Part shown: in pieces, positions 10,705-19,236 of the stretch
How the letters are laid out: each line of letters starts with the position of its first letter
Position numbering within the stretch: the stretch's first letter is position 1
From: Deltaproteobacteria bacterium
Lineage (GTDB): Bacteria; Myxococcota; Kuafuiibacteriia; Kuafuiibacteriales; Kuafuiibacteriaceae
NCBI GenBank assembly: GCA_040218735.1
Contig: JAVJQW010000007.1
Span: forward strand, 128,001-192,000
Length of the DNA stretch: 64,000 nt
Reading direction: 5' to 3'
The notes under the pieces: model-generated
What the model saw: only the letters and a program-made list of their open reading frames with translations
What the model was told of the DNA's origin: nothing
Database searches by the model: none
Translations under genes and position numbers: made by a program

Positions 10705-13482
10705 TCAGGAGCCCATGATCTCGTCCATCAGGAGATCGCCGAGCATTCGCGGCAGCTTCTCGGTGTTCTCGACCACCATGCTGTGCTCGTACGTCGTCGG
10801 CACCTGCTGACAGCCGGCGCCGATCCCGATCCCGATGATCTTGATGTCGGTCTCCTGAGCGACGGTGCGCACGGCCTGGTTGTGGTTCGCGACCGCCGCG
10901 CCGTCGGAGAGGAAGATGACGATCTTCTGCTCGGCCGGGCTGTCCTCCAGCATCTGCCGCGCGGCGTCGAGCGCGGCCGTGTCGTTGTTGCCGCCACCGC
11001 CGCGGAGCTTCCCGAGCATCTGCTCGCGCTCCTCCTTGGACTTGTCCTCCTCGATGGGCTTCAGGACCGAGACGCCGCTGTTGTACATCACGACGCCGTT
11101 GCCAACGCCGATCTCGCCGAGCGACTCGAGGAACACCACGAACGCCTCGCGCGCGAACTCCATCTTGCTGTTCGCGCCGTTACCCATCGAGCCGGAGCAG
11201 TCGATGCAGAACACGACCTCGACGCTTCGCTCGCGCGGCTCGTCGCGCTTGAGGAAGATCCGCGGGTCGCCGCGCCCCGTCGCCTGCCGTCGGAACTCAC
11301 TCTGGATCGCCTTGCGGAGATCGTAGACGCCGCCGCGGAAGTGACCGATCAGCTCCGGGATGTCGTCGCGCTGGAAGAAGTTCGTCAGCTCGTCGACCAT
11401 CTCCTGGATCGCGCGTTTGTGTTTCTTGGCGATCTGGTCGTAGGCCGTGAGGTGCGTCCCGTCGTCGCGTCGGTTGCGGATCTTGTCGTCGTAGGTCTTG
11501 AGCAGCTCGTCGAGATCGACCTCGTCGTCCCCGTCGTAGCCGAGCTCGGGCGACGCGCCGGACGCGCCGGTCGTCTCCCACTCACGCTCCGTGACTTTCG
11601 GTCCACCGCTGCGGCCGACGTCCTGGTTGCCGACGTCGCCCGGGTCGTAACCCTCGCGGTCGAGCTCGGCGTCGTGGATCTTGCCGCCCATGTCGCGCGC
11701 GTCGCTCCGTAGCGACTTCGCGAGGGCCTCCTTCGCGGCCTTCGTCGCGGCGTCGTCGGTGTCCTGCACCTCGAGCGGGTTGTCGGGGATCGTGTCGACG
11801 TCGATCGGGTCCTTCCCGTCGGCCGCCATCCCGTGCTCGCCCGTGGGGCGCCCGCCGTTCGCGGCCTTCGAGCCCGCCTTGGCGTCGCCGTCGCTCGGCT
11901 CCGCCGTCCCGGAGCCGCCGCCGCCCGCACCCTCGGACGCCTCGGCGCCCTGCGCGTTGCCGTTGCCGCCGGCGCCTTGCGACTCGCCGCTCCCGTTGGC
12001 TTGCCCCTGGCCGCTGCCCTGTGCGCCGCTCGCGTCGTCGCCGCCCTGCGCGCCCTGCGCATCGCTGCCACCCTGCGCGCCGCCGGCGTCCTGCGCGTCA
12101 CCGGGCTGTTCGCCGCCCTGCGCGCCGCCGGCGTCGTCTGCGCCGTTGGCGTCGTCGCCGCCCTGTGCACCGTTGGCGTCCTGCGCGCCATTGGCGTCCT
12201 GCGCGTCGTCTGCACCGTTGGCGTCGTCGGCGTTCTGCGCGCCGTTCGCATCGTCGGCGTTCTGCGCATCTTCGGCGCCGTTGGCGTTCTGCGCGTCGTC
12301 GGCGCCGTTGGCGTTCTGCGCGTCTTCGGCTCCGTTCGCGTCTTCGGAGCCGTTGGCGTTCTGCGCGTCGTCGGCGCCGTTGGCGTCGTCGGCGTTCTGC
12401 GCGTCGTCTGCGCCGTTGGCGTTCTGCGCGTCGTCTGCGCCGTTGGCCTCGTCGCCGTCCTGCGCGCCCTTCGTGTCCTGCGCGCCGTTCGCGTCGTCGC
12501 CCTTCTTGTCGTCCGCGCCCTGCGACGCATCACCGCTGTCGCGAGAGGACTGCTCCTGCCCGGGCACGTCGGGCGAGGCCTGCTTCTGGGCGTCGAGCCC
12601 GTCCTGCACGTCCTGGTCGAGCAGGCGCTTGTAGATCGGCCAGATCTCGTCGCGGATCACCTCGAAGGAGTGCGCCGCTTCGACGTCCGCCTCCGTCCCG
12701 TCCAGCTCGTCGAACCGCAGGTCGATGTCCGGCGGCAATCGCGTCGCCTTGGCGATCGCGTCGCGCGCTTCGTCGAGCGCCGCGATCACGTCCGGGTCCT
12801 TCACCATCGGATCGCGATCGCCGCCGCTCGCCCACTCGTAGATCGCCGCGAACCCGAACTGCTTCGACTTCGGGACCGTCTTCCCCTGCGCCGCGAACTT
12901 GTCGTACTGCTCCTGCCGTTTCTCCAGATCCAAGAAGTCGCGGTACAGCTCCTTCATCATGATCGGGACGCCCGCGTAGCGCCGGCTGATGATCCGGTTG
13001 ATCCGGATGTCCTCGAGCGAGTTCCACAGGAAGTGGAACGCGGGGTTCTTGATCCGGTCGTCCTTCGGGAGCCGCGAGTACAGCCGGTGCGCGAGCTCGT
13101 GGCAGATCACGCCCATGTTGGAGCGATCGTTTCGCTTCAACATGTCCTTCACCGGGTACGTGATCTTGTTCGAGTCGAAGTGGTACGCCCACCAGCCGCC
13201 GGGCTCCAACTTCATCGAGAAGTCCTTGCCCAGCGTCCGCGCGAGCGTCGAGAGCCGGCGGTGCATCTGCTCCTGCCGACGGAAATCCAACGTCGGATCC
13301 CCGGCGACGCCGCCGTCCTCGTCGAGCTTCGGCACGACCGGGACGGTTCCGTGGAGTCGGCGCTCGAAGCCGCCCTTCACCCCCTGCATCCCCGTCGCGG
13401 CGCGCCGAACGTCGAGCACCGAAGTCCGCGCGTTGCCGAGGTTCACGCCGCGCGTAGGTCCCTTGCCGATCGTGACCATCAC
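10705..13482 (-). CDS. CobT-like vWA protein: N-terminal HEXXH metallopeptidase-like domain, acidic low-complexity linker, C-terminal vWA/MIDAS
   Basis: GVICHELAH...WNSLEDIRIN, D/A/N/G/Q-rich repeat, and vWA with CIDCSGSM, GGGNND and IFLSDG. Confidence 0.85.
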   Translation of the reverse strand: MMVTIGKGPTRGVNLGNARTSVLDVRRAATGMQGVKGGFERRLHGTVPVVPKLDEDGGVAGDPTLDFRRQEQMHRRLSTLARTLGKDFSMKLEPGGWWAYHFDSNKITYPVKDMLKRNDRSNMGVICHELAHRLYSRLPKDDRIKNPAFHFLWNSLEDIRINRIISRRYAGVPIMMKELYRDFLDLEKRQEQYDKFAAQGKTVPKSKQFGFAAIYEWASGGDRDPMVKDPDVIAALDEARDAIAKATRLPPDIDLRFDELDGTEADVEAAHSFEVIRDEIWPIYKRLLDQDVQDGLDAQKQASPDVPGQEQSSRDSGDASQGADDKKGDDANGAQDTKGAQDGDEANGADDAQNANGADDAQNADDANGADDAQNANGSEDANGAEDAQNANGADDAQNANGAEDAQNADDANGAQNADDANGADDAQDANGAQDANGAQGGDDANGADDAGGAQGGEQPGDAQDAGGAQGGSDAQGAQGGDDASGAQGSGQGQANGSGESQGAGGNGNAQGAEASEGAGGGGSGTAEPSDGDAKAGSKAANGGRPTGEHGMAADGKDPIDVDTIPDNPLEVQDTDDAATKAAKEALAKSLRSDARDMGGKIHDAELDREGYDPGDVGNQDVGRSGGPKVTEREWETTGASGASPELGYDGDDEVDLDELLKTYDDKIRNRRDDGTHLTAYDQIAKKHKRAIQEMVDELTNFFQRDDIPELIGHFRGGVYDLRKAIQSEFRRQATGRGDPRIFLKRDEPRERSVEVVFCIDCSGSMGNGANSKMEFAREAFVVFLESLGEIGVGNGVVMYNSGVSVLKPIEEDKSKEEREQMLGKLRGGGGNNDTAALDAARQMLEDSPAEQKIVIFLSDGAAVANHNQAVRTVAQETDIKIIGIGIGAGCQQVPTTYEHSMVVENTEKLPRMLGDLLMDEIMGS
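12120..12500 (-). repeat. Intragenic tandem repeat, ~27-bp/9-aa unit (GADDAQNAN and variants)
   Basis: Repeated gcgccgttggcgttctgcgcgtcgtc units on the + strand, in frame within the vWA gene. Confidence 0.9.
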
Positions 13483-13892
13483 TCGACCTCACTCGCCGGA
13501 GCGACCGTCGCGCCCTCGGCCGACATCACCATCGGGAACATGGACGCCACCGGCTCGTCCGGTCGCGCCGGCGCGAGCGCCACCACGCGGAGGTCGTCGC
13601 GCACCGTCCCGTCGACGAGCTGTCCCTCCAACACCTGGGACAGCACGCCGCGCGTCGCGTCGTCGACCGACGCGCCGAGCCACACGAGGAGCGTCGAATC
13701 CTCCGCGATGCGCTCGGACACCGCCTGGTCGAGGTCGGCCTCCGACAGCTCGTCCGTCCGCAGATCGAGTGGCCGAGCGCCGGGCAGGCCCGCGCGGAGC
13801 GCGCGGTGCACGGCCTCGTTCGCGCCGAAGATCAACACGGAGCTGCGGCTGCGCAGGATCGTGTCGAGGAGCGTGGAACCCGCCGTACTCAC
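13479..13892 (-). CDS. Small protein resembling a degenerate (inactive) AAA+/MoxR P-loop domain
   Basis: 4-nt overlaps with both neighbours. SVLIFG (Walker A region without GKT), LDLR, LLVWLG (Walker B without DE), VLSQVLEG...VRDDLRVVALA follow the MoxR secondary-structure order. Confidence 0.6.
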   Translation of the reverse strand: MSTAGSTLLDTILRSRSSVLIFGANEAVHRALRAGLPGARPLDLRTDELSEADLDQAVSERIAEDSTLLVWLGASVDDATRGVLSQVLEGQLVDGTVRDDLRVVALAPARPDEPVASMFPMVMSAEGATVAPASEVE

Positions 13893-16800
13893 TTCGCGAT
13901 CTCCTGTGCCTTCTCGAGGATGACGTCGTTGTCTTCGTGGTGGCTCGATGCTGCGTACGTCGCCTGCACCGCGAGCAGGTACGCCGTCGCCGGGCCGAGC
14001 TCGCCGGAGAACTCCGAGACGAGGTTCGTCGCGTTCATCAGCTGCCGCACGGAGTAGACGGGGCGGTCACGCTCGCGCATGTCCTTGCCGAGGGTCTCGT
14101 CCTCGTACGCCGACTGAATCCACATGTGCAGATCCACGAGCGTGTCGGTGATCGCCTCGCTCACGCCCTTCGCCTTCCCGAGGGCGCGCAGGATCTCCTT
14201 CTGCTCGTCCGCTTCGTCGAGGTCCGGGACCGCGATCATCGTGAAGCGGTTCTGCATCGCCTTGCTGAGCTTCGAGCGCCCGCCGTACTCCTTCGTCGGC
14301 GGGTTCATCGCCGCGATGAACCTGAACTGCGGGTGCAGGCGAACCTCCTCGCCCTCCTTCTCCGCGAGGACGATCTTACGTTCGTCGTCGAGCACGGAGT
14401 TGAGGCGCTCGAGGAGCGCCGGGTTCGCGAGGTTGAACTCGTCACCCACGAACACCCCCGGGACGTTCTCGGGGCGCGCCGCGTCGAGGAGGAGGCCGTC
14501 CTTCCAGCCCGTGTCGTCGTAGCCGCCGATCAGCTGCATGCCGTCCGTCGAACCCGAGAGCAGCTGCCGCTGGTACGGCTGTCCGCGGAGCATCGCGAAC
14601 ATCTTGGCCATCGCCGTCTTGCCGGACGCGCGCGCGCCGACCATCGCGACGTTCTCACCCATGTCGAGCGCCTTCGCGAGGCGGTACATGATCTGCGTCG
14701 TCCGCTTCGTCATCACCAGCCGCGCCGACTCACCCGGGACGAGCGCGTGCTCCGCGTTCACCTTCGCGAGCGTGACGTCGCCGATCGTGAACGTGTCCTT
14801 GTCCTCCTTCAGCTCGAGGTCCTCGTAGAAGTCCGGTCCGGTGTACGGCATCGCCGCGGTGAGGATGTCCTTCACCGTCTGCACGTCTTCGGGATCGAAC
14901 AACCCGCCGAGGTAGAGCTCCTCGACCTCACGACGCATCGCCGCTTCGTCCGAGAGCTCCCCACCGCTGTAACGCACGAACCGATCCGCCGCGCGGAACA
15001 GGTTGCGCAGCGTGAACGCCACGCCGCCGCTCTGGCGCCCGATCTCACCCTCGTCCGCGAGACGCGAGAGGTTGTCGTGCACCGCGACCAGCTTCGCCAT
15101 CTCCTCCGTGGGGAGCTTCGAGCCGTAGACCGTGCTCATGATCTGCGTGAGATCCGAGCGGGTGAGCCCGTGCGCGAAGACGTTGTTCCAGCGCGATCGC
15201 ATCGCGTCCGACAGACGCGCGCGCCCCGAGTACGACGCGGGGTTCATCGTCGCGAACAGCCGGAAGTTGTCGTCCGGCGCGATGACCTCGTTGTGGTGCT
15301 CGGTGAGGACCACGTTGCCGTCGTCGTCGAACAGCGAGTTCAGCCGCTCGAGCACCTCCGGTCGCGCGAGGTTCATCTCGTCGAGGAGAAGCACCTCGCC
15401 CTTCTTCATCGCGCGGATGACGGGACCGTCCACCCAACGCGGCTTGAGCTGCGCGGCGAGGATCTGATCCGAGGCGACTTCGCGCGAAGCACCTTCGGGC
15501 ACGCCGTACTCTTCGGACACCGCGGCGAGCTCGGCGTCGGACATCTTGTCGAGGTCCGGCTTGCTGTACCGGTTCTCACCGCCCACGTACTTACCGAGGA
15601 GGTCCGAGACATCCGTGAAGTACGACAGGTTGATCCGGCGGTACGGCGAGTTGGTCTTGTACGCGAGGTACCGAACCGCGGACGTCTTGCCGGAGCTCGT
15701 CGGACCCTCGAGGAGGACCGGGCGCTTCTGCCGCCACGCCGCGGCCATCAGCTTCAGGTTGAGCTGCGTGGTCCGCGTCATCACGAGATCCGAGTGCTGC
15801 TTGCGCGGCACTGCGCGCGTGTCGCGATCCGTACGCGAGTTCTCGGCGACCTCGACGCCGGCCACCGTCACCGTCTTCGTCCCCTCCGGGAACGGACGCT
15901 TCGCCTCGAACAACGCCGCGGCCACGCCGCCGAGCTCCTGGTCGGCCTGCGCGAGCGGGAGCACGTTGGCGAGGTCCGCCTGGTACAGCTGACCGAGCGC
16001 CGTCCGCGCGAGCGCTTCGACGTCCGCGAACTTGCCGCCGTCGAGGACACCCTCGACGAGCGCCTTGGCGGCGTCGTCCTTCTTCGCGACGCCGGCCTTG
16101 ATGTGCGCGGTCACCGCGCCCTCGACCTTCGAGAGCGCCTCGGGCGCGAGGAGCGCGACCGTCTCCGGACGCAGCGCAGCGCGGAGGTTTTCGAGGGCCC
16201 CCTCGTCGGCGTCGGCCTTCGCCTTCAGGAAGTCGATGATCGTCTTCCGCTTGGCGCTGCCTTCCTTCGCCGCGGCCGCCTCGTCGAGGAGCGCCTCGTA
16301 GAGGCCGACCGGATCGGCCTCTGCCGATGCGTCGTGGAGGGTCTCGAGGTCCTTGGTCGTCACCTCGCTCCCCGTGAGCGCCGCGCGGATCGGGAGGCTC
16401 GTGAAGTCCGCCTCGTCGCGGATGCTCAGGAACGGCGCGAGCGTCGTGCGGAGCTCCTCGCCGCTCATGCCCTGGAGCTTGCCGGCGACGTTCGCCCAGG
16501 CCTTCGCGCTGTCTTCGTCTACGCCTTCGCGCTCCAGGGCCGTCTGGATTCGGTCGGGGGAGATTCGCGTCGTCAGCGCCAACAGGATCGGACCGACGAC
16601 CACGTGCGGCCACGCGTCGAGCACGTTCTCTGCGATCGACAGCTGCGCCTCGATGTTCACGCCCGACATCGAGCCCGGCTCGAGCTTGCCGTCGGCGATG
16701 GCGTCGATGACGCGCGGGAGGAGCTCGGACAGCTCCGGTCGCTCGTCGTCCCACGCCAACATCCCCAGCACGGCGTTGCGACGCTGCGCGTGCGAGACGT

Positions 16801-19090
16801 CGGCGGCTGGATCGAGCGCAGCGAAGTGTTCGTCGAGCTTCGTCTTCGCGGCCTTCGACAGCGAGTCGGGGCGGCGCAGCGCCTTCATCCGCGGGTCGTC
16901 GGTCAGCGGGTAGTTCGTCCCGTCCTGCCGATACAATCGAACGTGCTCGAAGTCGACGCTGGCGGCCTTCGCCATCCGCGCGATCTGCGGGATCGTGTCG
17001 TCCAGCACCATGTTGTACGGGACCTGCGCGAGGAACGCCTGCGCTTGCGCCTGCGCCTGGTTGCCGTCGGGCAGCTTCCCATCGGCGGCGAGCTCGACGA
17101 TTCGAGCGACGGCCGTGAACGCACGCGCGTCACTGCCGTAGTGGTTGAACCAGCTGCTCGGGTTCCCGACGTTGTACATGTCGCGCGCGAGCGCTTCGTC
17201 CGACGCCTCGAAGAGCTTGGGGTCGCGCGCCTGGTACGCGGCGTTCGCGTCCGGGTGGTTGCCGAGCGGCTTTCCTCCCGGGACGTCGTACTGCACGACG
17301 CGCTGGCGCGGGACCTCGCCCATCGCCCCCGCGCGGAGCTGCGCGAGACGTGACTGTCCCGCCTTGAACGCGCCGACCTGTCCGAGCGTCACGCCGACCG
17401 TCGTCGACCAGTTGATGGCCTGCGCGCCGAGGCCGGCCTTCTCGACGAGGCGCGCGACGTGCGCCATCACATCGGCGTCGTTGACCAGCGAACCCTGGAT
17501 GCGCTGCTGCACGAAGTGTTGCAGGTAGGTCGCGTCGAACTGCCCCAGCTCGATGCCGCGCTCCCAGAGCTTCAGCACGCCGACCGTCCAGCCCTTGTCC
17601 TGCGCCGAGTCGTTCGTCGACGGGAAGTGGTACGGGGACTGGTAGGTCGAACGGACGTGCGCGACCGACGCGTCGTCGATCGCGAGCGCGCTCGCGTCGT
17701 AGACGCCGAAGCGCTGCTGTACGACCTGCGCGTTCGCGAGGCTCTCGGTCCCGGCGGGGCGCTTCCCGAGCTCGACGCGCACGCGTCCGCCCGCGGTGGG
17801 GAGCGGGCGACCGTGGAACTCGGTCGACTCGATCGCGTGCTCCGCACCCGCCGCGGCCATCGCGCGCGCGAGGACCGCCGCCGCTTCCTCGGTGTCGGGG
17901 AGGACCTGCGCGATGGCCGGCCAGTCGGTCATCGGCGCCGGGTTGCCGACCTCGGCGAGCCGGGCCCACAGGCGGAGCATCGCGACGCGCACCTCGCCCG
18001 TCTTCGGCTCACCGAGCCGGACCAGCCGGTTGTCGTTCATGAAGCTCTCGTAGTTCTGCCAAGTCTGGGCGAGCGACCGCACCGCGTCGTCGCTGAGCGC
18101 GAGCTGGTCGACCTGCCCGGCACGCGCCGCGTTGATGACCGCTTGGTTGTTTCCCGTTTGCGTCCCCAGGGCTTCGCTCCGCTCCACCGTGCTTCGACGC
18201 CGGGCGCGCTTCGACGTGGCCTCGGGTAGCTGCGGCCCCCACTCGGAGAGCGGCGCGCCGTGGAAGGTCACGTTCGCGGGGTCCTCACCGCGCGCCTTCA
18301 CCAGGCGAAGCGCGACGGAAGCGCCCTCGTCGGTCTTCGGGAGCCGCGCGAGTGATTGCGCCCAGTTCGTGACGTTGCACCCGTTCTGGTTCGTGAGGCC
18401 GAGCTCGTTGACGCGGGCGAAGATCCTGAAGTGCGCGATTACCGTCGGTTCGTCCCTCGCTTCCGCCAGCGCTTGCTCGAGGTTGTTCCACCAGGAGGGG
18501 GAGATCTGCGTCCGGATGGTGTCGTCGTCGATCGCGAGTTTGTCGGCGTTACCGCCCTGCCGCGCGAAGTTGATAAGGTTGGTCGCGTTGTCCGCGGTCG
18601 TTCCGAGCGCCTCGGCGGGCTCGGCTTCGAACGGTTTGACGAAGTCGACCGACGCGCGGAGCAGGTCCGCGAGATCCTCCGGCACCGAGACGTCGCCCAA
18701 GAACTCGGCGATCGCGCGGAGCAGCTCTGGGTGGTCCGCCATGCGGCGCGCGACCTTCAGAGACGGGTAGTAGTTGCGCAGCGACGCCTGCGGATCGATC
18801 CCGGTGTTGGCGACGCGACCGCCGAACGTCATCTTGGTCGACGCCTCGGCCCGCGCGACCTGGAGCAGCTTCTTCGCCTTCGCCAGCCCGACGTCGTGCT
18901 CGAGCTTCCCGGCCGGCTCCGAGAAGAAGAGCTGGCCGTCCGACACGAAGATGTCCCCACGGTCGGGCGTCGCGCGGACACGCGCCGCGTTCTGCGCGCC
19001 GTCCGTGCCTTCGAGTCGAGCGGTGGGTCGGGGGTCGATGCGACCTGGAATGGAGGTGGTCATCCTTAAAGCGCCTACATCGGATGACAT
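13889..19090 (-). CDS. Large AAA+ ATPase with two tandem midasin/dynein-like (AAA_5/MoxR clade) domains and a long repeat-containing N-terminus
   Basis: AAA1: VLLEGPTSSGKT, WVDGPVIRAMKKGEVLLLDEMNLA..VLERLNSL, FRLFATMNP, LSDAMRSRW. AAA2: GARASGKT, WKDGLLLDA, FVGDEFNLA..LLERLNSVLDDERKIVLAE, FRFIAAMNP, LSKAMQNRF. Start may be 19063 (MTTSIPG). Confidence 0.9.
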   Translation of the reverse strand: MSSDVGALRMTTSIPGRIDPRPTARLEGTDGAQNAARVRATPDRGDIFVSDGQLFFSEPAGKLEHDVGLAKAKKLLQVARAEASTKMTFGGRVANTGIDPQASLRNYYPSLKVARRMADHPELLRAIAEFLGDVSVPEDLADLLRASVDFVKPFEAEPAEALGTTADNATNLINFARQGGNADKLAIDDDTIRTQISPSWWNNLEQALAEARDEPTVIAHFRIFARVNELGLTNQNGCNVTNWAQSLARLPKTDEGASVALRLVKARGEDPANVTFHGAPLSEWGPQLPEATSKRARRRSTVERSEALGTQTGNNQAVINAARAGQVDQLALSDDAVRSLAQTWQNYESFMNDNRLVRLGEPKTGEVRVAMLRLWARLAEVGNPAPMTDWPAIAQVLPDTEEAAAVLARAMAAAGAEHAIESTEFHGRPLPTAGGRVRVELGKRPAGTESLANAQVVQQRFGVYDASALAIDDASVAHVRSTYQSPYHFPSTNDSAQDKGWTVGVLKLWERGIELGQFDATYLQHFVQQRIQGSLVNDADVMAHVARLVEKAGLGAQAINWSTTVGVTLGQVGAFKAGQSRLAQLRAGAMGEVPRQRVVQYDVPGGKPLGNHPDANAAYQARDPKLFEASDEALARDMYNVGNPSSWFNHYGSDARAFTAVARIVELAADGKLPDGNQAQAQAQAFLAQVPYNMVLDDTIPQIARMAKAASVDFEHVRLYRQDGTNYPLTDDPRMKALRRPDSLSKAAKTKLDEHFAALDPAADVSHAQRRNAVLGMLAWDDERPELSELLPRVIDAIADGKLEPGSMSGVNIEAQLSIAENVLDAWPHVVVGPILLALTTRISPDRIQTALEREGVDEDSAKAWANVAGKLQGMSGEELRTTLAPFLSIRDEADFTSLPIRAALTGSEVTTKDLETLHDASAEADPVGLYEALLDEAAAAKEGSAKRKTIIDFLKAKADADEGALENLRAALRPETVALLAPEALSKVEGAVTAHIKAGVAKKDDAAKALVEGVLDGGKFADVEALARTALGQLYQADLANVLPLAQADQELGGVAAALFEAKRPFPEGTKTVTVAGVEVAENSRTDRDTRAVPRKQHSDLVMTRTTQLNLKLMAAAWRQKRPVLLEGPTSSGKTSAVRYLAYKTNSPYRRINLSYFTDVSDLLGKYVGGENRYSKPDLDKMSDAELAAVSEEYGVPEGASREVASDQILAAQLKPRWVDGPVIRAMKKGEVLLLDEMNLARPEVLERLNSLFDDDGNVVLTEHHNEVIAPDDNFRLFATMNPASYSGRARLSDAMRSRWNNVFAHGLTRSDLTQIMSTVYGSKLPTEEMAKLVAVHDNLSRLADEGEIGRQSGGVAFTLRNLFRAADRFVRYSGGELSDEAAMRREVEELYLGGLFDPEDVQTVKDILTAAMPYTGPDFYEDLELKEDKDTFTIGDVTLAKVNAEHALVPGESARLVMTKRTTQIMYRLAKALDMGENVAMVGARASGKTAMAKMFAMLRGQPYQRQLLSGSTDGMQLIGGYDDTGWKDGLLLDAARPENVPGVFVGDEFNLANPALLERLNSVLDDERKIVLAEKEGEEVRLHPQFRFIAAMNPPTKEYGGRSKLSKAMQNRFTMIAVPDLDEADEQKEILRALGKAKGVSEAITDTLVDLHMWIQSAYEDETLGKDMRERDRPVYSVRQLMNATNLVSEFSGELGPATAYLLAVQATYAASSHHEDNDVILEKAQEIAK

Positions 19091-19236
19091 TACGGCTGCG
19101 GAAAATTCGCAAGTGACCGCGGCTGACGATGTTTGAGCGGCGTATCCGCCAAGTGCGCGAAACGACTGGGCGGAGAAGTTGCTAGAAAATACGGCGCCTG
19201 AATACGTAGGACAACGGGCGCTGCGCGGCTGCGCGA

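Noticed and set aside
12120-12500. Possible CRISPR array
   Set aside because: Units are contiguous multiples of 9 bp with no unique spacers, are in frame in a CDS, and no cas genes are present.
12989-17353. 1454-aa plus-strand ORF
   Set aside because: Antisense to the AAA/vWA genes. Stop-poor shadow frame expected at this GC content.
10705-19090. Cobaltochelatase CobS/CobT
   Set aside because: No cobN or other cob genes nearby, and the ATPase has two AAA domains plus a ~1000-aa N-terminus unlike CobS.
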